A DNA stretch of 64,000 nucleotides from Podarcis liolepis (taxonomy: Eukaryota), in assembly GCA_965112155.1 (NCBI GenBank), contig OZ218103.1. The stretch is one strand, 5' to 3'. The notes below the pieces were generated by a model, which was not told the origin of the DNA, searched no databases, and saw only the letters and a list, made by a program, of their open reading frames with translations. Positions 1 through 10,763 of the stretch are shown piece by piece (within the stretch, counting starts at the first letter, position 1; each line of letters begins with the position of its first letter). A program made the position numbers and the translations under genes.

Positions 1-1392
1 GCACACTTACTTGTGATGGGAATAAGCCCTATAGACACAGTGGGGCTCACCTTTGAGTAAACATGCCGTTGACTGAGCTGTTAATAAAGGTGTGAGCCTA
101 AGCTGTTCAATGGTATTTACTCACTGGTAAGTCATAGGTTTGGGAGAGAACTAAATAAACAGTTTGGATCTAAACTTACCTGTTTAAAAATATATTATTG
201 ACTCAGCATGCACAGTTTAGTTATACTCAGATGCACCGTATTCTTTTGTCAGTTTCCTCATTTAAACAGGACCTGCGTTAAGCGTTGTGATAATTGGTTC
301 ATTAAAAACAGACACCCATTAATGAGAAAGGGATAATAGCTTTAATGCACAGGGGAAGTGATAGTGTAAGGCACATGTCCTTATTCTGAAACCCTAACAG
401 CTTATTCCTTTTACTAATAAGATTGGTTTATTGTGACTGCATGTTTACAAATCCCATGCATAAGTTATTGACAGGCTCTGAAATGCCGTTAGGAAGGCAC
501 ACTGCTCTCGAAACATTGGAGCCTGGCCTTATATTTGCCCAGATACTCTGGGCACAACCAAATGTCATTCTGCTGTGGTATCAATATTTGAGCAGATCTG
601 CTTGTAAATGGCCAGTTCTAGGCATAAATGTTTCACAATTGTGACAGATAAACTCAGCCCTGCACCCAGTGAAAGCTTCTCTGGATGTTAGCCATGACTT
701 TACAAGAAGCCTCTGCTGAGACAGCAGGAGGAGGAATAAATGTTCATTTTGGCAAAGTTAACAACTACTTCTGTGGTGCTGGGGCAACCCACAAGACCTC
801 CTCTCCCTTGGAGATTATAGCCATCCTTCCTCATACTGCAAGCTAAGCAAGCTTGATCCAAGTTCAGAATTTGGACAAAAGATTGATAACGACTCAGGTT
901 TGTTTGTTTGTTTGAGAAAAACTGTGTGACTTGTTTTTTAACATCACCTGAGATGAATGTAGGATTGATTTAGGTAAAAAATAGAAACTGGAAAACCACA
1001 CAGGTGCAGAACAAAAAATAGATGAACAAATAAGGAATGAAATGTGATAAACTTGATACGTGTTTTGAGTATCAGTCTTCATCATTCCTTATTTGTTCAG
1101 CTACTGTATTTTATGCTTGGGAACCTGAGTCAGGCCATTAGTGCATGTAGCTCAGTATTATCTACACTGGCTAGCAGCAGCTTATCAGAATTTCTGATGT
1201 CGTCTCTCCCAGCCCTACATGGAGATGCCATGTTTTTACATTTTTTGTTGCAAATGGACTTGCAATGGAAAATTTCTGTGGTGCCTCACTTCCCTTGATG
1301 TCCTAAGCACATGCTTATTTTTCTTAATCCAAGCCTGGGTAGGTACCCTAAAGGTTGATTATCTGATGTTGATCCATGGCCCTGAATTAGGG

Positions 1393-1888
1393 CAGGGTGG
1401 GGAACCTGTGGCCCTCCAGATCTTGTTGGACTCCAACTCTCACCAGCCACAACCAGCATGGCCAATGGTCAGAGGATGGGAGCTGTATTCCAGCAAGTGT
1501 ACCAGCTCAAAGGGACTGAGCCCTTTAGGCCCTCCCTATATTTTTGGGGTTGGGGCTGCCCTCACTCCATGTTCCAGAGGTGAAGCATGGAGCCAACTGT
1601 GGTGCGGCTCCAGTCACTGGTTCCTTCTCCTCTTCCTACTATGGAGGGGAAGGAGGGTTGAAGCAGTCTCCTGCTGGAGGGGGCACCAGGAGGAAGTGAA
1701 GAAGGAGCCACCAGCCAATGAAGGCACACAGCCGCCACATTTGTCTCCACCCTGGCTACTCCCAACGTCCTGACATCACGCGTGTGACATTGGGATGTCA
1801 CAACATGACGCGCATGGCATCCCCCCCGACAAATCGCCCTCATAAGCTGGCACCTCTGATCTGGAAAACCATGTTCCTCTCTCCTGGC
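1393..1888. mobile_element. Short hAT-type MITE (CAGGG..GGGAACCTGTGGCCCTCCAGAT family) interrupted by a second GC-rich hAT-like MITE (~1494-1858)
   Basis: Starts cagggtggggaacctgtggccctccagat, like the copies at 36716 and 57090. The host end resumes at 1859 (atctggaaaaccatgttcc). The insert ends agctggcacctctg. No clean TSD. Confidence 0.55.
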
Positions 1889-3099
1889 CTAAATTGTTGT
1901 AGGGTGATACTGTTTGTTTCTGTATTTATTACATTGTGTAAGGGGCTTTGCAATTTGTTGACAGGATGAACCAAATATAAGAACCTTGCACTCATAATAG
2001 GGCAATATTGCAGCATGAAGTATGCAAGAAAGAAGGTGTATGTCTTAAGCAGAGGTAGGAAGGCAAAAAGCATTAAGGTGAAAAACATTCCAATGATGTT
2101 AGGAAGAACTTGCAAAAATATTTCACACAGAATGGGAAAGTATCTAATGGATGGATATCACTTTTAAAAGAGTGAACAATGGGAAAGGCTTACAATAATA
2201 TTTCACAAATTGGAAAGAAAAGGTCTCTTAAAAGTGGTAACATTTGAGATGAGTGGCACAGTCATTTATGAAGCACTTAGAGCTTAAATTTCCCCCAGAC
2301 AAAAGTTCTGTCATTCTTGCAAAGTGCCTCATGATGACATATAATGTGGGCAAAGTGGCATGCACACATACCCAAAGGAGAGCAGGAACAGCATCATAAA
2401 AAGGCTTTCTATTGACACAAGATAATAAGGGATGATAACTCTAACTCTGCTTGCAAATCTATTGTCCTCTAAGAGGCTTGCTCCTTTCCCATCATTAAAA
2501 AAGAAATCTGCAAAAAAGGTGCAACATTTGTGATTTATGCTATTATTCTGAAAGTTTGATATAATATCGTCTTAGCTAGATTAATGATATATTCCTGTGA
2601 AAAGCATAGTTAGGTTTAAGACTCTTGTTAACCTCATCTGGTGTAGTTGGATCCTGTTCACTGTAAATAAAGAAATTGCAACACTGGAGTTTACTAATGG
2701 TGTGGGTGTGTGGGTGTGGGTGTACACACACACACACACGAAATCAACCAAAGCCCTCTTGAAGTGTTCTTCATCCATGTTAAATAAATGCACAGGGAGC
2801 CCCCAAGAGCAAACATGCTAACTCCACTCCAGCACCCTGCACAAGTTGGAGGGTGGCCTTCTGAAATGGAGAGCTTCCTATAATTGTATAGACTCCCCAT
2901 GCATTTTAGAACCTTGGTTTTTCCACAAGTACAGAAGGAGCCACCAGCACAAGAAGTTTGCCCTCCCATTCGTGGAGGGCAACTGGAATGGTGACAGTAA
3001 GTGGAGACACTAAACTTGTCCCCACATCCCCTCTCAGATGTTTACTTCTATCAGAAAATGAACATGTGGAAAGGGCTTGGGAACCATAGTGGATAGCAC

Positions 3100-3182
3100 A
3101 TCTGTGGCTTCTATTTATGTGTGACCTGGGAATGGTCACCAGGTCACACCTTCCCGTTTCCCATCTGTAAAATGTGAACAAT
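3100..3182 (+). mobile_element. Ancient CORE-SINE (MIR-like) fragment
   Basis: tgtgtgacctggg...gtttcccatctgtaaaatg resembles the MIR/CORE domain. Confidence 0.5.
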
Positions 3183-4668
3183 ATTTCATTGATCTTTATA
3201 GGCTGCTTTTCTTATATATGACCCAGTTCTCTATTCATGTTGATCACTCACTCATAAAATGAACAATCAATGCTGTATCTTCATTATGTGCTAAACAATT
3301 TTCAAGCACAGGAATATATAATATGTGTTGCAATAATTTAAGTTTGAAGGTTTAAACAGCATAGATAGATGACTTTTGGTCCCTATTAGACAAAATATTC
3401 CCCTCAAAACTATTAATTAGATTGGTCATTAGATAATCTAATTGCTAGATAATATTCCTTCTTATCAAAAGGCAAGCTATGATACACTATGCCTTATAAC
3501 GACAGTGACTTTAGAATAGCTTTGTCAAGTGTGGACAAAAAGAATGCTGGTATTTGGGTGTGGTATGCGGACCAGGCCAGAGGGAGCGTAGGGTTAGAGC
3601 CAATGGCCCAGCCTGAAGCAGGTTCAGTTGCAGCTCAAATGTTTCAGGTATAAGGGAGATATGTGGAGTCAGGGGCAGAGAGCAGCAGTCAAGAGATTAG
3701 CATAAGCATTTGAGGGAAGAAACTATCTGAGTAGTAATGATTGCACAGAGTTTTTCACCTGGGAGAAATACCAGAATTAAAAGGGCATAGCCCCCACAAA
3801 AGGTTTGTGTAATATGTGCTTACAGGAAGTCCCTGGTTACCCCTGCCACCAAGCAGCACATCTGTACATGATAGAAGTCCAACACAGTTCTGCTTAACAC
3901 AATCCAGATTCCAATTGTGCCATATGTACGAAGCAAATAGTTGAAAGTCTGTAACTCAGACTAGTTTATTTGGATCATTTGGCAGAAGGAGTTTTGTCTG
4001 TTGGCTGGATGTTAATTGTATGTTTTCAGTGTGTACTTCTGTGAAGACATAATCTTACTTGTAAAAAGGTAGGAGAGTGTTCAGCCAGCACAGGTTTGAT
4101 GATGTTGGGGTTTGTTGCTTTTACAGAGCATTGGAAGTATTTTATTTTCTCTTTGCTGGCTTTCATATTCAACAATAGAGTCAAGTGTTTTTAATCAATA
4201 TTAAAGGAAGATTTTAGCTATTCTCTCCAGAAACTATTTGGAACCAACATTAGGTAACTGTGTTGCCAGACCCAACTTCTGTTACAGCATGGAAATAGTC
4301 TCAGTTGGGGAAAGAACAAAAACAAGTCTTCATACTTGCAACAAAGATTCATTACTTTGTAATACAAAAGGGGAAGAACCATCAAAAACCTGGGTGGCTA
4401 TCAAAGTGCTTAACTTTATGGTACCCGATCAAGATAAAATAATTGTTCTACCTAACACCATTACACTGACATTTTTCTACACTCATGCCACTTAATGAAA
4501 ATAAAGGGTCACTTCTCCCTTTATAATGAACTACATCTTCAATATTTCAGAAAGATTTTTATGTCTCATCTCCACTACTGGGTTGTAAAATTCATGCCAC
4601 TCCTCTGAGAGTCACTGGGCAATGGGCAGAAAGACAGAAATGGCAGGCAATATTTGGGCTGCAGTATG

Positions 4669-4837
4669 CAGTGGCGTAGCGTGGGGGGTGCAGGGGGGGC
4701 CGGCCGCACCGGGCGCAACATCTGGGGGTTAGGGTTGGGGGGCGCAAATCCACGGGTTAGGGGGCGCAAATCCACGGGTTAGGGGGCACAAATTACTTGC
4801 CTTGCCCCGGGTGCTGACAACCCACGCTACACCACTG
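4669..4837. mobile_element. hAT-superfamily MITE, 169 bp, young
   Basis: 17-bp terminal inverted repeats (TIRs) cagtggcgtagcgtggg / cccacgctacaccactg with 1 mismatch. Perfect 8-bp TSD gcagtatg at 4661-4668 and 4838-4845. Internal tandem units gggggcgcaaatccacgggtta. Confidence 0.9.
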
Positions 4838-4854
4838 GCAGTATGTGTTCTGTT

Positions 4855-5162
4855 GGGACACAGGTGGCGCTGTGGGTTAAACCACAGAGCCTAGGACTTG
4901 CCGATCAGAAGGTCAGCGGTTCGAATCCCTGCGATGGGGTGAGCTCCCGTTGCTCGGTCCCTGCTCCTGCCAACCTAGCAGTTCGAAAGCACATCAAATT
5001 GCAAGTAGATAAATAGGTACCGCTCCGGCGGGAAGGTAAACGGCGTTTCCGTCCGCTGCTCTGTACGCCGGCTCCCTCGGCCACTAAAGCAAGATGAGTG
5101 CCGCAACCCCAGAGTTGGTCGCGACTGGACCTAATGATCAGGGGTCCCTTTACCTTTACCTT
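4855..5162 (+). mobile_element. Sauria SINE (Squam1) with an internal deletion
   Basis: Head gggacacaggtggcgctgtgggttaaacc, B-box ggttcgaatccc, (ACCTTT)n tail. TSD tatgtgttctgtt at 4842-4854 and 5163-5175. Confidence 0.92.
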
Positions 5163-5523
5163 TATGTGTTCTGTTGCAGATTGGCTGCTGTGATGTTGTA
5201 ATTCTACTTGGGTGTTGTGCTAGTCCTGGTGTCAGCAACCTTTTTCAGACGTGGGCTGGTCCACCATCCCTCAGACCATGTGGTGGACCGGACTATATTT
5301 TTGGGGGGAAATGAACGAATTCCTATGCCCCACAAATAACCCAGAGATGCGCTTTAAATAAAAGGACACATTCTACTCATGTAAAAACACCAGGCAGGCC
5401 CAAAAATAACCCAGAGATGCATTTTAAATAAAAGGACACATTCTAATGTAAAAGCATGCTGATTCCCAGACCATCCGCAGGCTGGATTTAGAAGGTGATT
5501 GGGCCTTAGTTTGCCTACCCATG

Positions 5524-5861
5524 CTTATGACGAACAGCTGAGGGAGTTGGGCATGTGTAGCCTGGTAAAGAGGAAACTGAGTGGAGCTATGATAGTCATC
5601 TTCAAATATCTAAAGGGCTATCAAATGAAGGTGGAGCAACCTTGTTTTCTCCCCCTCAGGAGGGTATGACCTGAACCAATAGCTTAAAGTTACAAGAAAG
5701 TGATTCTGACTAAACATCAGAAAGAACTTTCTGACAACGAGAGCTGTTCAACAGTGAACAAACTTCCTTAGGAGGTGGTGGACTCTCCTTCATTGGAAGT
5801 TTTAAAGCAGAGGTTGGATGGCCATCTGTCATGGATGCTTTAGTTGAGATTCCTGATTGCA
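5524..5861 (+). mobile_element. CR1 LINE 3' fragment (end of ORF2 and part of the 3' UTR)
   Basis: Closely parallels the CR1 at 36105-36604 (atgatagtcatcttcaaatatctaaagggc; tttaaagcagaggttggatgg). Confidence 0.88.
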
Positions 5862-6018
5862 AGTAGATAAACAGGTACCACTCCAGCGGGAAGGTAAACG
5901 GCATTTCCGTGCGCTGCTCTGTACGCCGGCTCCCTCGGCCACTAAAGCGAGATGAGTGCCGCAACCCCAGAGTTGGTCACGACTGGACCTAATGATCAGG
6001 GGTCCCTTTACCTTTACC
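5856..6018 (+). mobile_element. Sauria SINE 3' half
   Basis: About 160 bp nearly identical to 4998-5160, with the (ACCTTT) tail. Confidence 0.9.
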
Positions 6019-6066
6019 CACGGGCCTTAGGTTGCCTACCCCTGTGCTAGTCCATGCTTTGCAATC

Positions 6067-6142
6067 CTGCCTGAAACTCTGGAAAGCTCCTGCCAATCAG
6101 CGCAGATAATACTGAGCTTGACAGACCAATGATATGATTCAA
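6067..6142 (+). mobile_element. Squam2-like SINE 3' fragment
   Basis: ctgcctgaaactctggaaagctcctgccaatcagcgcagataatactgagc resembles the Squam2 body. Confidence 0.5.
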
Positions 6143-6394
6143 GTTTCAATAACTCATTCTTGGGCAGATGCCAGGTACCTGGATCCTTCACAGAACCCAC
6201 TGTTGACACCTGCCCAATGACTCCCTTTTCCAGTACTCCAGTGAGTGATGGGGTTGTTTGCAGCCACCATTTAATCTCTGTACAATGCCCCCAGAGTACC
6301 CCAAGAGTACCTCTTTGGGGCCACTGTTTAAATTTCCCAAATGTTATAGAGCTGGTTATTAAAATCTGAGCTAAAGATCGGGATATCAGCTGAA

Positions 6395-6599
6395 GTTGTT
6401 GTTGTTGTTTAGTCGTTTAGTCATTTAGTCGTGTCCGACTCTTCGTGACCCCATGGACCAGAGCACGCCAGGCACTCCTGTCTTCCACCGCCTCCCACAG
6501 TTTGGTCAAACTCATGTTGGTAGCTTTGAGAGCACTGTCCAACCATCTCGTCCTCTGTCGTCCCCTTCTCCTTGAGCCCTCCATCTTTCCCAACACCAC
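6395..6599 (-). mobile_element. Bov-B (RTE clade) LINE, 5'-truncated 3' end
   Basis: ORF 6417-6599(-) LGKMEGSRRRGRQRTRWLD...WRALVHGVTKSRTRLND is the characteristic Bov-B ORF C-terminus. (CAA)n tail on the minus strand. Confidence 0.93.
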
Positions 6600-6600
6600 G

Positions 6601-6680
6601 GGCCTTAAGTAAGGTACTCTGTCTCAGCCTCAGCCCCCTAGTCTGCAATATGGGGGATAATAATACTGACTTAGCTTATG
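6601..6680 (+). mobile_element. CORE-SINE fragment adjacent to the Bov-B insertion
   Basis: ctcagcctcagcccc...tctgcaatatggggataataatactgac resembles the CORE domain. Confidence 0.5.
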
Positions 6681-6714
6681 TGTTTGTAGTTAAGCACATT
6701 ACAGGTTTGTTGTT

Positions 6715-6900
6715 AAGTACAAGGTGTCCACACCTTAAAGTCAGAGGAAGCTTGACTGGTGGTCCTCATGCAGAACGAGAACTGGTGGAAGGACCTTTTT
6801 GGTGGTAACTCCACATCTGTTGAACACTCTGCCCAATGAAGTGTACCTAGCCACACCGTTGTTTTCATCTAGAAAGTAAGTAAAATGTATTGCTTCTGGT
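6715..6900 (+). mobile_element. L2 LINE 3' remnant
   Basis: aggacctttttggtggtaactccacatctgttgaacactctgccc resembles the L2 ORF2 3' motif (RAFSVAAPxLWNxLP). Confidence 0.55.
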
Positions 6901-7371
6901 AGGGACTGTGATGGCAGGGACCGTGACTATAACAATTTATTAGTACTGGTAGTTTGATTTTGATGCTTGTATTATGAGCTGCATTGAGATAATTGTTTTT
7001 AAGTTCTTGTGTTGTAAACTGCCCCATGGCCTTTGGGTGAAGCCCAGTTCATTTCTTAGTAAATAAATTGCAACTTGATCATGTATGCAAAGCATTTTGA
7101 TTGAGCATTTCAAAACAAAATGAAAGTAAGCAAACACCAAGCAGGAGGAGGAGGATGGGTGCTCTGGTACATTTGAAAGAAATGCAAATGGTAGCTTCAA
7201 ATGGTCCCAACACTCCCAACATGGGAGGCATGAGCAGAAGTAGGTTCCACCAGAGGGCACAATGCCAAGCACCTCCTCAAACCTGGAGCCAGTCCTGAAT
7301 ATAAGGCAGCATACTATGTTCCTATGCTACATCAACTGTCAGTACCCCACTGGAAGCATTTGGTAATTGTC

Positions 7372-7492
7372 TAGGGCTTTTTTTCAGCTAGAACTCACCG
7401 GGATTCAGTTACGACACCTCTCAGATGGGTGCCATTACCATTCTAATGGAATGAAGGAGGTGTTCATGATGAGTTCCGAACCTCTTTTTCCA
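7372..7492. mobile_element. hAT-type MITE, right end truncated
   Basis: tagggctttttttcagctagaactcacc...gagttccgaacctctttttc, a common lizard MITE pattern. Confidence 0.5.
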
Positions 7493-9136
7493 CTGCTAAA
7501 AAATGTTAAGACATCAGTAGCCTGTAAATAATAATGTTTTCTCTAATAACTGTATTGATGAGTGGATGCTATTGGGACGCTCTTGTTTTTTACTGCACGG
7601 CATAGAGAACATGGGAAAGAGTGTTTTGAAACCCTGAAACTCTATATCTTCCCAGGTTGTGAACATCTGCACTAGAGTATCCTCGGGCTAAAAGTGGCAT
7701 TAACATTTGTGTTTCACCCAAAGAATGGGACTATTTAAATTCATGGGTTTGGGGGGGGGGGCTGGCGGCTTGTTTTTGACTCAGACACCTCAAGCTAATA
7801 CACCCAGTCTGAACTGTGAGTCTTAAACAGATGACAGAAAATGAATTATTTCTTTGGACCCTGGGGGACCGTCTGTAATAGAACAAGGTTTGCACAATTT
7901 ATTCCTGGATAAAGAAATACCTCCTTTTATCTTCCTTTCTATTTTTCCGGTTCGCTGCCAAAATTGCCTCTATAATATATAATTTTTTTAATTTAAAAAT
8001 TCATTTTCATTTTTCAAGACATAGGGAGCTCACCACCAGATAAGGAGCTCCATCTGTCTTGAAGAAAAAGGATACAGGATTTTTGTGTCACTAATCCGGT
8101 AACGTCTTAAATGATTGTGCCACTTAGAAATGCTTTCTTCATATTTATGAAATGATTATTTGACAGAGAGAGACATTTAATATTGTTAAAATAATTACTG
8201 TGCCAGTTTAATACATCAGTTTGAATTGTTATCAGGCAAACTATGAAATGTGGGATAATTTCATAAATAATTATAAAGCCTTTTACGAAATGGCACCTTA
8301 ATGCAAAGCATTGTTGCTAATCCTTTTTTTTATTCACAAACACAGAAATAACAATTAGATTTATGAAATGAAGAAGGGCTGTATGTGGCACAAGAGAGAG
8401 TAGGCAAGAGTACAAGGCTGGAGTCCATCTTCTACTACATGTAAATCTCACCACTGGGAGAAAGGAAGCATCAGACCTTAAACTAATGTCCATCACCTTG
8501 TTTTTCAATACATAGATTTTTATATCACAGTTTGCCTGCAGCTTTACTGAGATCCAGCTGAGATTCTGTTTCTCTAGAAGTTAAAAAAAAACAAAACAAA
8601 AAGCCATTCTCAAGTTTTTTATGGATGGCTGCTCTGACTTCAACAGATATGTGACATTATCCAGTGCACTCTCATTCATAGTGACCTTTTACTAGCTATT
8701 TTTAGGGGAAACTACACAACACTTTATAGTAGCTAGAAGGGAGTGGTTAGAAGGCTGCCTTGATATGAAACCATGTACAAATATTTTATAATGAAATGTT
8801 GACCACTCAGAGTAGTTTGTCCATATATTTTCACACCATGTATTGTAAAACAATAAAACATCATATAATTGATATTAACAGACTCACAACATAACAAAAT
8901 AAGTGAAGATGGCTCAGCACATGCAAATTTACTACCAATAAGAACTATCCCAAAATAAAAGGATTTTCAAAGCATGCTTTAAATGCATAGCCTGCATCCT
9001 AAGCACACTTAACTGAAGTTCAAGGAAGTAGAGTTTGCTATCCATTTCTCTACCCTATAACTATCTGCAACCTCGGGGGGGGGGGGTCAGAGGGAATGTA
9101 TGGGGTGGGCTGCTGTGGGAAGGAAGGAACAAGAAA

Positions 9137-9295
9137 CAGGAGTGCCAACTTGGCCCCACAACCATGGGTTTCCAGAATTGTGGGTGCCATTCAGCATGCA
9201 TGGCCCTGGCACAAAAAATTATAGATGCCCGGACACTTCATGGGGAATTTTGTGGGTGCTTGAGCACCCAGGGCCCCAGGGAGTTGGTGCCTATG
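9137..9295. mobile_element. hAT MITE (CAGGRGTGCCAACT family)
   Basis: Ends caggagtgccaact / agttggtgcctatg. Similar to 13680-13794. Degenerate 8-bp TSD acaagaaa / acagggaa. Confidence 0.7.
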
Positions 9296-10111
9296 ACAGG
9301 GAATATTCCTTCTGTAAATGCCCTTATCTTGGGATCCTAGACATAGAGAACAATGAAGCCTTCAGAACCAAGCAGCACCCTAACTTGAAACTGTAATCAA
9401 ATTGATATTGTCTTTGGACAATGGTTCAAGCTTTCCACCCCCACCCCCACCCCCGGGATGGTATAGGAGGTGGGAGCTGAGTGATTTCAGCATACTGGGC
9501 GGCCCTTCGGACCAATGGCTTCATGTAGATTTCAAAAAGCATGGGTGACAAAATGGAACCCTGCAGTACCCCATAGGCAAAAGGTCATGGGGGCAGAGTA
9601 CCATTCTCTCAGTATAAACTTCATGGGTCAATGCTTCAGGAAGTGTCAGAGCCACCAGAGCTGATTTCATTTGCTGCCCGGAAGTAAGAGCAGAGAAGCT
9701 CTCTTGACCTCCTTTCTCCATTTTTACTTTTGTTTTTCAAAAACTATTTCCCTCCCATTGGAAACATTAGGAGGGAAATGAATGGGATTTATTTATGCCA
9801 CCACCTGGGATGATGTAATTTTTTTCTGGGTTTGAGGGCATGTTGGAGGACCAGGAAGGTATTAGATCCTTCATATCAAGCCTTCCTCTAGTTCTCTGCC
9901 TACATGCACCCAAACCTCCTCTGACATAGCCTGCATCCTAAGCGCACTTAACTGAAGTTCAAGGAAGTAGAACTTCCTTAACTGAAGTTGAAGGAAGCAC
10001 CTTTCTGGTGCTACATCACTGCTACAGTGTCAGTAGGGCCAGGGGCATGAAAGTTTCCACAGTGGAGGAGAGGGGGAAGTTGACATTAAATCTTCCTCTC
10101 CTACATCAGAT

Positions 10112-10164
10112 CTCTCTCTGTCTGTCTGGTCTGTCTGTCTGTCTAGCTAGCTAGCTAGCTAGCT
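10112..10164. repeat. Compound microsatellite (CT)/(TCTG)n followed by self-complementary (CTAG)n
   Basis: Read directly from the sequence. Confidence 0.9.
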
Positions 10165-10572
10165 ACTTTACTAATATTTGGACATAGCCTGTGATTATTA
10201 TACTTGCGTTTTGATGCCCTTATACTCAAATTAAAATAAAAATCCTTATGTGTCCCATATCCATTTTGTCTACTGCCAGAGCCTGAAACTGCTAGTAAGG
10301 TCTGATTCAGTACTTATTTGGGAGAAAATGTACCACCAAATGGTTAGATTTCTTGTCTAGTGTAAACCTCCTCGTTGATTATATACAAGCTTCTACTAGT
10401 CTGAAAATAACTCAGCAGGTTCTACTGATTTTAACTTTGAATTTGGTGTCTGTCTTCAAAATAACATTTAGTGGCTGCTTTCACAGTCAGTTCTTCTGTT
10501 CTATAAGTTTTAAAGTTGATACTTGCTTAATATGACACCAAGTAGTTAGTATAGGTGAGACAACCCTGGGAA

Positions 10573-10763
10573 CTGGGGTGCCAACTTGAATAAAATATTG
10601 GGGGGCAGCAGGTAAGCAGCACCCTGTATAATTGATCACATGTTGTAGTGCATGCACACAATTTGAATGACAATGCCCATCAACTTTGGGGAGGCCTGGA
10701 CCCCTGAAATATTTTATTGTGGGGGGCCAAAGACCCATTGACCCGTAGGAGTTGGCTTCTATG
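10573..10763. mobile_element. hAT MITE
   Basis: Ends ctggggtgccaact / agttggcttctatg, with ctgggaa repeated on both flanks. Confidence 0.75.

Larger units (their letters stand above)
5226..6044. mobile_element. Composite hAT MITE with two right ends, enclosing CR1 and Sauria SINE fragments
   Basis: Left end ctggtgtcagcaacc. Right ends gggccttag(t/g)ttgcctaccc(a/c)tg at 5501-5523 and 6022-6044. The 8-bp TSD tgctagtc (5218-5225, 6045-6052) brackets the whole block. Confidence 0.8.

Noticed and set aside
1219-1773. 184-aa ORF
   Set aside because: It overlaps nested MITEs and has no recognisable domain.
2700-2739. GT-rich tract followed by (AC)n forming a fold-back
   Set aside because: Low-complexity microsatellite pairing.
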